Below are positions 18,759 through 28,368 of a DNA stretch of 33,478 nt, in pieces. Position 1 is the stretch's first letter; each line of letters begins with the position of its first letter. The notes beneath the pieces were generated by a model. The model worked only from the letters and a program-made list of their open reading frames with translations, ran no database searches and was not told the origin of the DNA. Location: the sequence record SRR20825006_1922; one strand, 5' to 3'. A program made the position numbers and the translations under genes.

Positions 18759-19427
18759 ATGCAACGCATGAGTTCGAATACGATCACCGCACTGGCCGCC
18801 TCCATTCTGTTGATCTTCGCCACACCAACTATGGCACATGATGCCAAATCCCACGATGCAAGCCCGGAACACGCCCACACCCATGACGTGGATCAAGACA
18901 TCTACAACGGCTATTTTGAGGACTCTCAAATCAAAGATCGCCCGCTGTCCGATTGGGCCGGGGCATGGCAATCGGTCTACCCTTACTTGCAGGACGGAAC
19001 GCTTGACCCTGTGATGCAACACAAGGCCGAACAGGGCGACAAAACCGCCGACGCCTATCGCAGCTATTATGACACAGGGTACAAAACCGATGTGGACCAT
19101 ATCGACATAGACGGCAACACGGTGCGCTTTGTCCGTGATGGGAAACCCCTTTCGGCCCAGTATGAAAGCGATGGCCACGAAGTCCTCACCTACGCCAAGG
19201 GCAACCGGGGCGTGCGCTACATCTTTGAGAAAACTGACGGGGATGCGGCAGCCCCAGCGTATATTCAGTTTAGCGATCACCGAATTTCTCCCGCAAGCGC
19301 CGATCACTACCACCTCTATTGGGGCAATGACCGTGCGGCCCTCCTCAAAGAAGTGACCAACTGGCCGACATATTACCCGGCCTCAATGGATGGCGACGCG
19401 ATCGTCCATGAAATGCTCGCGCACTAA
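18759..19427 (+). CDS. zinT: ZinT/AdcA-family periplasmic zinc-binding protein
   Basis: Signal peptide, His-rich N-terminus, GYFEDSQIKDRPLSDWAGAWQSVYPYL, GNRGVRY, QFSDH, HYHLYWG, NWPTYYP. Confidence 0.93.
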   Translation: MQRMSSNTITALAASILLIFATPTMAHDAKSHDASPEHAHTHDVDQDIYNGYFEDSQIKDRPLSDWAGAWQSVYPYLQDGTLDPVMQHKAEQGDKTADAYRSYYDTGYKTDVDHIDIDGNTVRFVRDGKPLSAQYESDGHEVLTYAKGNRGVRYIFEKTDGDAAAPAYIQFSDHRISPASADHYHLYWGNDRAALLKEVTNWPTYYPASMDGDAIVHEMLAH

Positions 19428-19616
19428 TGGCAGCCCCATGACATAAAGCCCTCTGGCCCACATCGCGCGCATCGCGGTGTGGGCGTTCAGAGACCGGCCT
19501 TGACACAAACCAGATCACCTCATCAAACGTATATACGTCCGATAGACAAAAATGGCTTGTCACGACTCGCCTGTCGCGCTTACGTTATTGTAACGTTTTT
19601 GCGACAAAGTGAGGCT

Positions 19617-20036
19617 ATGACACAGAGAGTCCACAGAGTTATCCACAGGCAAGCCCGCACATCCCTTGCCACCATGAGCGCCCTTTTGAGCGCGCTCAGC
19701 CTCTGTGTTGCGGCCCCGGTTCAGGCCCTGCCTGCCACCTCCTCCCCCCTCGCCCGCGATTTCGCCTATTGTGCCGGACGGCTGTCCGCCGAGGCGCAAC
19801 ACCGCGAAGACCAAAGCCTCAATGAGCTTAAACACGCCATGCAGGAACTTTTGGCCGCCGTGATCGCCCCCGAAGAGGCCGAGGCCTACGAAGAATTGCG
19901 CTTGGCCGGTCATGTGGCGCAAAGCGAACTTTTGGCGCTGTCGCGGTTTTCCTTTGACCAAGGCGAGGCGGACCGCGCCAGACAACTTGCCCAAGACAGC
20001 ATTCGCCACTGCCGCGCCATGCTTTTGGGCGCATGA
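19617..20036 (+). CDS. Hypothetical secreted helical protein
   Basis: GAGG RBS before ATG 19617 (alternative ATG 19673); signal-like segment ending PVQA; FAYCAGRLSA and C-terminal HCRAMLL. Confidence 0.7.
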   Translation: MTQRVHRVIHRQARTSLATMSALLSALSLCVAAPVQALPATSSPLARDFAYCAGRLSAEAQHREDQSLNELKHAMQELLAAVIAPEEAEAYEELRLAGHVAQSELLALSRFSFDQGEADRARQLAQDSIRHCRAMLLGA

Positions 20037-20058
20037 TCCAAGAATGAAGCCGGGCATG

Positions 20059-20085
20059 AAAAAGGCCCGCAACACGCGAGCCTTT
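20059..20085 (-). terminator. Terminator after FMN reductase, possibly bidirectional
   Basis: Minus strand AAAGGCTCGC-gtgtt-GCGGGCCTTTTT. Confidence 0.75.
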
Positions 20086-20108
20086 CCCAAACATTTCAAA
20101 ACCTTGGA

Positions 20109-20702
20109 TTAACGCGCCGCTTTGGTCGCCTTGGTCCACCAGGCCAAATCGCTCAGCATGGCGGTGACGGATGGCAGGATGTTGGCTTCGATCTCCGACA
20201 TTTCGGCATTGGCACCCAGAGGTGAGACTTTGAAAAAATCCGAACCGGAAATGTAAACGGCGGCGCGCACCGGCACCATCGACAGGTTGATCGTCACGGC
20301 GCGCAAATGTTCGACCGCACGGGCCGCACCGACCGAGCCATAGCCAAAGACGGCGGCGGGTTTGCGCACCCATTCCTTGCCAGCTTGATCCAACGCGTTT
20401 TTCAACGAAGCCGGGATCGAGGAGTTGTATTCCGGGGTGACGAAAATATAGCCATCAAATTCGGCCATTTTTTCCTGCCAGGTCACGGCTTTTGCGTCCG
20501 CGGACGGCATCCACAGGTTAGAGGCCATTTCGTTGAACATCGGCAACGCATAGTCTTTCAGATCGACCAGTTCGAAGTCGAGATCGGTGCTGATCTCTTT
20601 GGCTTTTTCCAAAAGCCAGTTTGCCGGTTTATCGGCAAAACGGGCATCGCGGGTGGAACCAATGATGATGGCGATTTTCGGATTAGACTGCGGGGTGGTC
20701 AT
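20109..20702 (-). CDS. NADPH-dependent FMN reductase family flavoprotein
   Basis: IIIGSTR, FVTPEYNSSIPASLKNALD; AGGAG RBS. Confidence 0.93.
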   Translation of the reverse strand: MTTPQSNPKIAIIIGSTRDARFADKPANWLLEKAKEISTDLDFELVDLKDYALPMFNEMASNLWMPSADAKAVTWQEKMAEFDGYIFVTPEYNSSIPASLKNALDQAGKEWVRKPAAVFGYGSVGAARAVEHLRAVTINLSMVPVRAAVYISGSDFFKVSPLGANAEMSEIEANILPSVTAMLSDLAWWTKATKAAR

Positions 20703-20899
20703 GGGGAACTCCTGTTCTGAGCGCGGGGGATAAGGGGGAGGAAAGGTCCGCGGCTTTGAGGCCTACATAAATTCGCACCCACAACGACTTCAATCCAAAT
20801 ATATGTGCGCCATCGCGCAATTCCTGTGCAAACACATATGCCCCCTGTGTCGCATGTCTTTCTCTTGCCCGACCTGCGCGCGCATGATTTAACGAGCGC

Positions 20900-22774
20900 A
20901 TGAACAAGCCCTCTGATAACCCTGCCGATCCGTTCAAAAAGGCGCTGGCCGAAGCCACAAAAGTGCTCGCCAACGATGCGGAGCTGACGATCACCTATTC
21001 GATGGACCCCTCTGGTCTGTCGGGCGATACCGTGCGCCTGCCGCAAGTGTCGCGGCGGATGACCAAAGACGAAGTGTTGATCGCGCGCGGCACCGCCGAT
21101 GCGCTGGCTCTGCGTCACAAATTTCACGACCAACCGACGTTCCAACGCTACGCGCCACAGGGTCAGATGGCGTTTGAGATTTACGACGCCCTGGAAACCG
21201 CGCGCTGTGAGGCGGCGGGAGCGCGGCACATGCCCGGCACGGCCAAAAACATCAATGCCAAAATCGGCAATGAGGCAATGCGCCGTGGCTATGATGGCAT
21301 CACCAAACGTGAAGACGCGCCTTTGGCACAGGCCATGGGCTATTACCTGCGCGAATTGTCCACCGGGCGTGAACTGCCAAAAGGCGCAGACACGGTTTTG
21401 AATCTGTGGCGCGATTTCATTGAGGGTCAGACTCAGGGCACATTCGAGGATATTGGCGATCTGTTGGAAGATCAGCGCGGCTTTGCCCGTCTGGCGCGGC
21501 GCGTGATCGAAGAGCTGGGATACGGCGACCAATTGGGCGACGACCCCGACGCGACCGATCCCGAAGACGATCAATCCGCCGAAACCGACGAGCAAGAAGA
21601 AGAGGCCGAGTCCACCGGCGAAGAGCAGGACAGCTCGGACGAGGAAGAGGCCAGCCCCGAGAGCGCGCAGGACGAACAGCAGGACATGCAAGAGGCCTCG
21701 ATGTCCTCCGATGACATGGCCGAAGATGAGTTTTCGGATGAGGTCGAGCTGCCGCAAGATGAGGCCGAGGTCGAACCACCGCAACCCGCGCCCTATTCCG
21801 ACGCCGATCCGAATTACCAAGTGTTTTCCACCGCCAACGATGAAGAGATCGCCGCCGAAGATTTGGCCGAACCGGCTGAATTGGAACGCCTGCGCGCCTA
21901 TTTGGATCAACAGTTGGAACCGCTCAAAGGGGCTGTGTCGCGCCTGGCCAACAAACTGCAACGCCGCCTTCAGGCGCAACAAAACCGCTCATGGGAATTT
22001 GACCGCGAGGAGGGGATTTTGGACGCTGGCCGCTTGGCCCGTGTGATCGCCAACCCCACCACGCCATTGTCCTTCAAGGTCGAAAAAGACACCGAATTCC
22101 GCGACACGGTGGTGACGCTCCTGCTCGACAACTCCGGCTCTATGCGCGGTCGTCCGATCTCGATCGCGGCGATCTGTGCCGATGTCTTGGCGCGCACGCT
22201 GGAGCGTTGCAACGTCAAGGTTGAGGTGCTGGGCTTTACCACCCGCGCGTGGAAGGGCGGATTGGCGCGCGAAGCGTGGCTGGCCGCTGGGCGTCCGGCG
22301 CAACCCGGCCGTTTGAACGATCTGCGCCACATCATCTACAAATCTGCCGACGCGCCGATGCGCCGGACACGGGCCAATTTGGGCCTGATGATGAAAGAGG
22401 GCCTGTTGAAAGAAAACATCGACGGCGAGGCGCTTGAATGGGCGCATCGGCGGATGATGGGACGGCCTGAAGCGCGTAAAATCCTCATGGTGATCTCGGA
22501 TGGGGCACCGGTGGATGACAGCACGCTGTCGGTCAACCCGGCCAATTACCTTGAAAAACACCTGCGCGATGTGATCGGCATGATCGAGAAACGCAAACAG
22601 GTTGAACTTTTGGCCATCGGCATCGGCCATGACGTCACGCGCTATTATGATCGCGCCGTGACTATTACCGATGTCGAACAATTGGCGGGCGCGATGACCG
22701 AACAACTGGCTTCTCTGTTTGACAGCGACCCGCGCGCCCGCGCACGGGTGATGGGCATCCGCCGCGCGTCCTAA
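20900..22774 (+). CDS. cobT: Aerobic cobaltochelatase vWA subunit
   Basis: Acidic linker, [13 protein letters not shown] (MIDAS), [20 protein letters not shown]. Confidence 0.96.
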   Translation: MNKPSDNPADPFKKALAEATKVLANDAELTITYSMDPSGLSGDTVRLPQVSRRMTKDEVLIARGTADALALRHKFHDQPTFQRYAPQGQMAFEIYDALETARCEAAGARHMPGTAKNINAKIGNEAMRRGYDGITKREDAPLAQAMGYYLRELSTGRELPKGADTVLNLWRDFIEGQTQGTFEDIGDLLEDQRGFARLARRVIEELGYGDQLGDDPDATDPEDDQSAETDEQEEEAESTGEEQDSSDEEEASPESAQDEQQDMQEASMSSDDMAEDEFSDEVELPQDEAEVEPPQPAPYSDADPNYQVFSTANDEEIAAEDLAEPAELERLRAYLDQQLEPLKGAVSRLANKLQRRLQAQQNRSWEFDREEGILDAGRLARVIANPTTPLSFKVEKDTEFRDTVVTLLLDNSGSMRGRPISIAAICADVLARTLERCNVKVEVLGFTTRAWKGGLAREAWLAAGRPAQPGRLNDLRHIIYKSADAPMRRTRANLGLMMKEGLLKENIDGEALEWAHRRMMGRPEARKILMVISDGAPVDDSTLSVNPANYLEKHLRDVIGMIEKRKQVELLAIGIGHDVTRYYDRAVTITDVEQLAGAMTEQLASLFDSDPRARARVMGIRRAS

Positions 22775-22837
22775 GACCTGCGGCGCCGATCTGCGCGCAC
22801 CAAATGATTATTTTAAATAGAAAAGGCACATGGCACC

Positions 22838-24631
22838 ATGTTCCAGAGCTTTGACGTGACCTCTCGCCCTGACCAAGCCGCCCCGCGCGTCACCGCCCTG
22901 CGCGCCGCAATGGTGGACGCCGGATTGGACGCCTTTATCGTGCCGCGTGGCGACGCCCATCAGGGCGAATATGTTGCGCCCTGTGATGAACGTTTGGCGT
23001 GGTTGACCGGGTTCACCGGGTCGGCGGGCTTTGCCGTGATCCTGCGTGACCGCGCGGTGATGTTCACCGATGGCCGCTACACGGTTCAGGTGCGCGCTCA
23101 ATGCGATCCGGCAGTGTTTGATTTCGTCGCCTGGCCGCAGACCAGCCTTGGCGCATGGTTGAAAGAGACGGATGCGGAAAAGATCGGTTTTGACCCTTGG
23201 CTGCACACGATCCGCGAGATCGACGGGCTGCGCCGCACGCTCTCCGACACGCCAAAAGAGATGGTGGCGACGGTCAATCTTGTCGACAAAATCTGGCCCG
23301 ACCGGCCAGAACGTGGGATGTCACCCGTGAGTGTACACCCCTTTGAACTGGCCGGCAAAACCTCCGAGGAAAAGTTTACTGAGATTGGTGCGGCCGTGAA
23401 AAAGGCCGGGGCTGAGGTGGTGGTGCTCACCCTGCCTGACAGCCTGTGTTGGCTGTTGAACATCCGCGGCACGGATATTGCGCATAATCCGGTGGTGCAG
23501 GCCTTTGGAATTTTGACCACTACAGGCGACACGGGCGGTAAGCTGACCCTGTTTGACGCCGCGGAAAAATACGCCCATCTCGGCCCCGATCCACGCATCA
23601 CGATCGAGCCACGCGAGGGTTTCGCCGCCGCGCTTGGGGCGCTGCAAGGTCCGGTGTTGGTCGATCCCGGCACAGCCCCCCATGCGGTCAAAACCATGAT
23701 GTCGGAGGCGGAGATCATCGAGGGCGATGACCCCTGTATCCTGCCGAAAGCCTGCAAAACCGAGGCGGAAATCAAGGGGATGCGCGAGGCGCATCTGCGC
23801 GATGGCGCGGCGATGGTGGAGTTTCTGTGCTGGCTCTCCGAGCAAATGCCCGAAGACCTGACCGAGATCGAAGTGGTCAAACAGCTTGAGGCCTGTCGCG
23901 CCGCCACCAACCAACTCAAAGAGATTTCTTTTGATACGATTTGTGGTGCCGGGCCGAATGGCGCGATTGTCCATTACCGTGTGACCGAAGACACCAACCG
24001 CGCGCTCAAACGCGGTGAATTGTTGCTGGTGGACAGTGGCGGCCAGTACCAAGACGGCACCACCGACATCACCCGCACCGTCGCGCTTGGCGATGTGGCG
24101 GGCGAAGAGCGGGTGAGTTTTACTGCGGTGCTTCAGGGCATGATCGCGATCTCAACCGCGCGCTTTCCGCGCGATGTGTCGGGCGGGCATCTGGACGCTT
24201 TGGCGCGTGCGCCATTGTGGCGGATGGGGCGCGATTATGATCACGGCACCGGCCACGGCGTTGGCGCATTTCTGTCCGTCCACGAAGGCCCGCAACGCAT
24301 TTCACGCAGCTCAACCTTGGCGCTGCGCGAGGGGATGATCCTCTCGAATGAACCCGGCTATTATCGCGAAGGCGCTTACGGCATCCGCATCGAAAACCTG
24401 ATTGTGGTGCGCCCCGCCGCTGAAATTTCAGGCGCCGATGATCGCGACATGTTGGCGTTTGAGACCCTGACCTTTGTCCCGATTGATCGCTCGTTGATTC
24501 TGGTCGATGAATTGGCGCCATGGGAGCGCGATTGGCTCAATGACTATCACGCCGAGGTCTGGGACAAGATCGCGCCGCGTGTGTCAGAGACGGCCCGCGA
24601 CTGGCTGCGACATGCGGTTGCACCCGTCTGA
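22838..24631 (+). CDS. Aminopeptidase P family (M24B)
   Basis: LTGFTGSAG, DGRY, DSGGQYQDGTTDITRT, HGTGHGVG, SNEPGYY, GIRIEN. Confidence 0.95.
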   Translation: MFQSFDVTSRPDQAAPRVTALRAAMVDAGLDAFIVPRGDAHQGEYVAPCDERLAWLTGFTGSAGFAVILRDRAVMFTDGRYTVQVRAQCDPAVFDFVAWPQTSLGAWLKETDAEKIGFDPWLHTIREIDGLRRTLSDTPKEMVATVNLVDKIWPDRPERGMSPVSVHPFELAGKTSEEKFTEIGAAVKKAGAEVVVLTLPDSLCWLLNIRGTDIAHNPVVQAFGILTTTGDTGGKLTLFDAAEKYAHLGPDPRITIEPREGFAAALGALQGPVLVDPGTAPHAVKTMMSEAEIIEGDDPCILPKACKTEAEIKGMREAHLRDGAAMVEFLCWLSEQMPEDLTEIEVVKQLEACRAATNQLKEISFDTICGAGPNGAIVHYRVTEDTNRALKRGELLLVDSGGQYQDGTTDITRTVALGDVAGEERVSFTAVLQGMIAISTARFPRDVSGGHLDALARAPLWRMGRDYDHGTGHGVGAFLSVHEGPQRISRSSTLALREGMILSNEPGYYREGAYGIRIENLIVVRPAAEISGADDRDMLAFETLTFVPIDRSLILVDELAPWERDWLNDYHAEVWDKIAPRVSETARDWLRHAVAPV

Positions 24632-24691
24632 CATATACCTGTCGCAAGAAGCCTGATAAGGTCTGCGAAAATCAACAGAGGGATACGAGAC

Positions 24692-25033
24692 ATGCCAGAT
24701 CATATCAAGATCCGCACAGCCCCGGGGACCTATGTGGTTCGAGCGGGCGGTGCCGTTTTGGGCGAAACATCGCGGGCTTTGGAACTGAGCGAAGGGGACT
24801 ATCCGCCGGTGATTTATTTCCCGCGTGAAGACCTTGCGATGGCGTTTTTGGACAAGACCGACACCGTCTCCGTCTGCCCGTTCAAAGGCGAGGCCACCTA
24901 TTATGCGATCCACACGAAATCCGTGGTGATTGCCGATGCGGCATGGTCCTATGAGGACCCGAAACCGCTCGTCTCCGGCCTCAAAGACTATATCGCCTTT
25001 TATCCGCGAAAAGCCGCTGTCGAACAGCTTTAA
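24692..25033 (+). CDS. DUF427 domain protein
   Basis: IYFPREDL, CPFKGEATYY, AAWSYEDP, YIAFY. Confidence 0.92.
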   Translation: MPDHIKIRTAPGTYVVRAGGAVLGETSRALELSEGDYPPVIYFPREDLAMAFLDKTDTVSVCPFKGEATYYAIHTKSVVIADAAWSYEDPKPLVSGLKDYIAFYPRKAAVEQL

Positions 25034-25063
25034 GCCCCAATTTCATCACAAAAACCATTGTAG

Positions 25064-25090
25064 AAACGCAGGCTTTCGGGCCTGCGTTTT
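25064..25090. terminator. Bidirectional terminator
   Basis: AAACGCAGGC-tttcgg-GCCTGCGTTTT. Confidence 0.85.
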
Positions 25091-25094
25091 CGCT

Positions 25095-26780
25095 TTAACT
25101 GTGCTCTTCCGCCGCCGTGTCCGCGAGCTTTTTACTAAACACCCGAAGCGCATCGACCTGAAACAGCGCACCGTGAAGTTCGGGACCGCTTTCCTCATGC
25201 AGTGTGACGACCGGGACAAACACCAGATTATGCGCCTCAAACAAAGGCATCGCCTTTTCCAAAGTCATATTGGGAGACACATAAATCCCCTGCTGGATCA
25301 AATCCTTACAGGCCTCCTCCGAGGCCGCACGTGGCGCATCCGGGGCACGGTAACATTGGTGTACCCGCACCGTCGCCAAAAGATAGGCCTGTGGGCCCGC
25401 CGCCAAATGCACATCGCGCCGTTCCAACAGCGTGAGAAAAAACGAGCGATCCACCAACCGCGAAGCCAGGGCCGTGGACAGCGACACCGCCACCATCACT
25501 GCCAATCCGGTTTGCCAATCCCCGGTCAGTTCAAATACGATCAACGTGGTCGAAATCGGCGCGCCAAGCACTGCTGCCGCCACCGCCCCCATTCCCGCCA
25601 AAGCATAGAGCGTGGCGGTGCCCGACACATTCGGGAACACCGCCGTGGCGATCAGGCCAAAGGCCAGCCCGGTCAAAGCCCCGACCATCAAAGCGGGCGA
25701 AAACACGCCCCCGCCCATGCGTCCGGCCATGGTGATGGCGACAGCCACGACCTTGATCACCGCAAAGACGATGGCCTGCCAGATCAGTAATTGCCCGGTG
25801 AGCGCGTAAGATGTGGTCTCGTATCCGACCCCGATGATATGCGGAAAAAAGATCGCGATGGTGCCGAGCAATAACCCCGCCACCGCCGGGCGCAAAACCG
25901 GCGGCAGGTGCATCCGCTCTTGCGCCCATGAGCCAAAATCATCGGCCATGAAAATCGTCCGCATCATCACCACGGCGACCACACCACAAAGCAACCCAAG
26001 CAACAAAAACGCCGGGAGTTCGACGTAAAAGGTCAGCGCCCCTTCGGCAGCCAAGGTAAATTCGGTGACACCGCCAAACTCCAAACGGTTGATCACCGTG
26101 CCCGCAGCCGAGGCGATGACAATCGGCGCAAAGGCATGGACCGCGAAATGGCGCAAGACGACTTCAAGCGCAAACAAGGCCCCGGCAATCGGCGCGTTGA
26201 AAGACGCCGACACGGCGGCGGCGACAGCACAGCCCAACAGGTCGCGCCCGGTGATGCCGTCGGCATGCAATCGGTTGGACACCCAGCTTGAAATCACCCC
26301 CGCCAAGTGGACCACGGGGCCCTCGCGTCCCGACGATCCGCCCGTGGACAGCGTGATCAGCGAGGCGGCGGCCGAGGCCAGACCTGCGCGTTTTTCCACA
26401 CGACCCTCATTCAAGGCCGCACCTTCGATCACATCCGCCACCGAGCGCACCCGCCCGTCCGGCGTGAACCAGTTGAGGATCACCCCAACCACCAGCCCGC
26501 CACAGACCGGCAGGGCCAAAACCCAATACCACGGCAGGCCTCCGGCAAAACTATGCAGGTGGCGCAGATCATCCGTGCCGTAGAAAAAGCCTTGTAACAG
26601 GTTGATCCCTTTGCGGAAAAGCAAAGCGGCAAAGCCGGAGGCCACACCGATGCACAGCGCGATGAACCAAAATTGGATTTGGCTGGGGCCGCGCCTGCGG
26701 ATCAGGGCCACGGTCTCGGCAAGTCCCTCCCGGATCTCAGAGATAGCGCGTTTTGGGTATGAAATTTTATCGTCAGACAT
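25095..26780 (-). CDS. ClC-family anion channel/transporter with CBS-like C-terminus
   Basis: GSSGREGP, SFNAPIAG, GGVFSP, GAPISTTLIVFELTG; start taken at ATG 26780. Confidence 0.92.
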   Translation of the reverse strand: MSDDKISYPKRAISEIREGLAETVALIRRRGPSQIQFWFIALCIGVASGFAALLFRKGINLLQGFFYGTDDLRHLHSFAGGLPWYWVLALPVCGGLVVGVILNWFTPDGRVRSVADVIEGAALNEGRVEKRAGLASAAASLITLSTGGSSGREGPVVHLAGVISSWVSNRLHADGITGRDLLGCAVAAAVSASFNAPIAGALFALEVVLRHFAVHAFAPIVIASAAGTVINRLEFGGVTEFTLAAEGALTFYVELPAFLLLGLLCGVVAVVMMRTIFMADDFGSWAQERMHLPPVLRPAVAGLLLGTIAIFFPHIIGVGYETTSYALTGQLLIWQAIVFAVIKVVAVAITMAGRMGGGVFSPALMVGALTGLAFGLIATAVFPNVSGTATLYALAGMGAVAAAVLGAPISTTLIVFELTGDWQTGLAVMVAVSLSTALASRLVDRSFFLTLLERRDVHLAAGPQAYLLATVRVHQCYRAPDAPRAASEEACKDLIQQGIYVSPNMTLEKAMPLFEAHNLVFVPVVTLHEESGPELHGALFQVDALRVFSKKLADTAAEEHS

Positions 26781-26935
26781 GCCCGGTGCTGTCCCCCTGC
26801 CCTCAATTATCGGCGTGTTTTGCGCCCAATCGCCCTTGATCGGCGGATTTTGTCCTCTGTCAGGCGGGTCCTGCGCTTTCACTGCCCCGCCGCATCCTCT
26901 AAGGTCGATCAGCCGCAACAGACAGCGATTCCGAT

Positions 26936-28303
26936 ATGATCTCAGATACTCTCTTCACCGAGCTTTCCTCCGTTCTAGAGGGTCGCCTCACCCGTTCCAA
27001 GTCCGATTTGGATCAACATGGCCAGTCCGAGACGTGGTTTCCGCTGACCCCGCCCGAGGCTGTGGCCTATCCCGAAACCACCGAAGAGGTCGCGGCCCTG
27101 ATGAAACTGTGCCACGCCCATGACATCCCTGTCACGGGCTTTGGCGCGGGCACCTCGCTTGAGGGGCAAACTTTGGCGATCCACGGCGGGATTGTGGTGG
27201 ATTTTTCCCGGATGAACCGGGTGTTGCGGATCAATGACGCCGATATGGATGTGGTGGTGCAACCGGGCGTGACACGCGAGGCGCTCAATGTCGAATTGCG
27301 CACCACCGGGTTGATGTTCCCGGTCGATCCGGGCGCGAATGCCTCGCTGGGCGGTATGGCGATGACGCGGGCGTCGGGCACCACGGCGGTGAAATACGGC
27401 ACCATGCGCGACAATGTCATCGGGCTTGAGGTCGTTTTGGCCGATGGCACGATTGTGCGCACCGGATCGCGGGCGCGTAAATCGGCAGCGGGCTATGATT
27501 TGACCGCTTTGATGGTCGGGTCTGAGGGCACTTTGGGCCTGATCACCGAACTCACCCTGCGGCTGCATGGCCAACCCGAAGCGGTGTCGGCGGCGGTCTG
27601 TGCCTTTGACGAGATGGGGCCTGCGGTCGAGGCGGTGATTGCGACGATCCAGATCGGCCTGCCGATGGCCCGGATCGAATTTCTGGATGCGGATTCCGTG
27701 AATGCCGTAAACCTCTATTCCGGCTCAGATTTTCCGCTCAAACCACATTTGTTCGTCGAATTCAACGGCTCGGAACAGGCGGTGTCTGAGCAGGTCGATC
27801 TGTTTGGCGAGATCGTCCATGATTTCGGCGGCTCAGATTTCAACTGGGCCACCAAACCCGAAGACCGCACCGCCCTTTGGACCATGCGCCACCACGCCTA
27901 CTGGGCCTGTTTGGCGCTCAGAAAAGGTGCAAAAGCCGTGGTCACCGACATCTGTGTGCCGATCTCGAAACTGGCGCAGGCGGTGGAAGAAACGGCAGAA
28001 GACATCAAGGCCTCGCCCTTGGACGGTCCGATTTTGGGCCATGTCGGAGATGGCAATTTTCACGCTATTTTGCTGGTCGACCCTAATGACGAGGCCGAGA
28101 TCAAAGAGGCCAAACGCTTGGCGCATCTGATGGCCGAACGGGCGCTGAAACTTGGCGGCACAATCACCGGCGAACATGGCATCGGCATGGGCAAAAAGAG
28201 CCTGATGATCGAGGAACACGGCGAGGCTTGGGCGATGATGGGCGCGATCAAAGCGGCGTTGGATCCCAAAAATATCCTCAATCCGGGCAAGATCGTCCCC
28301 TAA
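26936..28303 (+). CDS. FAD-linked oxidase, D-lactate dehydrogenase-like
   Basis: GAGTSLEG, PVDPGA, GSEGTLG, GHVGDGNFH, TGEHGIG, DPKNILNPGK. Confidence 0.9.
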   Translation: MISDTLFTELSSVLEGRLTRSKSDLDQHGQSETWFPLTPPEAVAYPETTEEVAALMKLCHAHDIPVTGFGAGTSLEGQTLAIHGGIVVDFSRMNRVLRINDADMDVVVQPGVTREALNVELRTTGLMFPVDPGANASLGGMAMTRASGTTAVKYGTMRDNVIGLEVVLADGTIVRTGSRARKSAAGYDLTALMVGSEGTLGLITELTLRLHGQPEAVSAAVCAFDEMGPAVEAVIATIQIGLPMARIEFLDADSVNAVNLYSGSDFPLKPHLFVEFNGSEQAVSEQVDLFGEIVHDFGGSDFNWATKPEDRTALWTMRHHAYWACLALRKGAKAVVTDICVPISKLAQAVEETAEDIKASPLDGPILGHVGDGNFHAILLVDPNDEAEIKEAKRLAHLMAERALKLGGTITGEHGIGMGKKSLMIEEHGEAWAMMGAIKAALDPKNILNPGKIVP

Positions 28304-28326
28304 GAATGAGAGTATTTGCATCACGG

Positions 28327-28368
28327 TAAGGACAGGCGAGGCACGAGAGTCTCGTGCCTGTTGTCTTA
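28327..28368. terminator. Hairpin between convergent oxidase and recN
   Basis: AGGCACGAG-agt-CTCGTGCCT, extended by GACAG/TTGTC; no strong U tract. Confidence 0.5.

Noticed and set aside
19639-19647. Perfect DnaA box TTATCCACA
   Set aside because: Single copy, probably within a CDS, with no box cluster or AT-rich unwinding element; compatible with chance
21530-21790. Very acidic low-complexity stretch in cobT
   Set aside because: Normal CobT linker preceding the vWA domain
28304-28322. Fur/Mur-like AT-rich sequence AATGAGAGTATTTGCAT
   Set aside because: Lies between two convergent stop codons with no gene start to regulate, and is only a partial match
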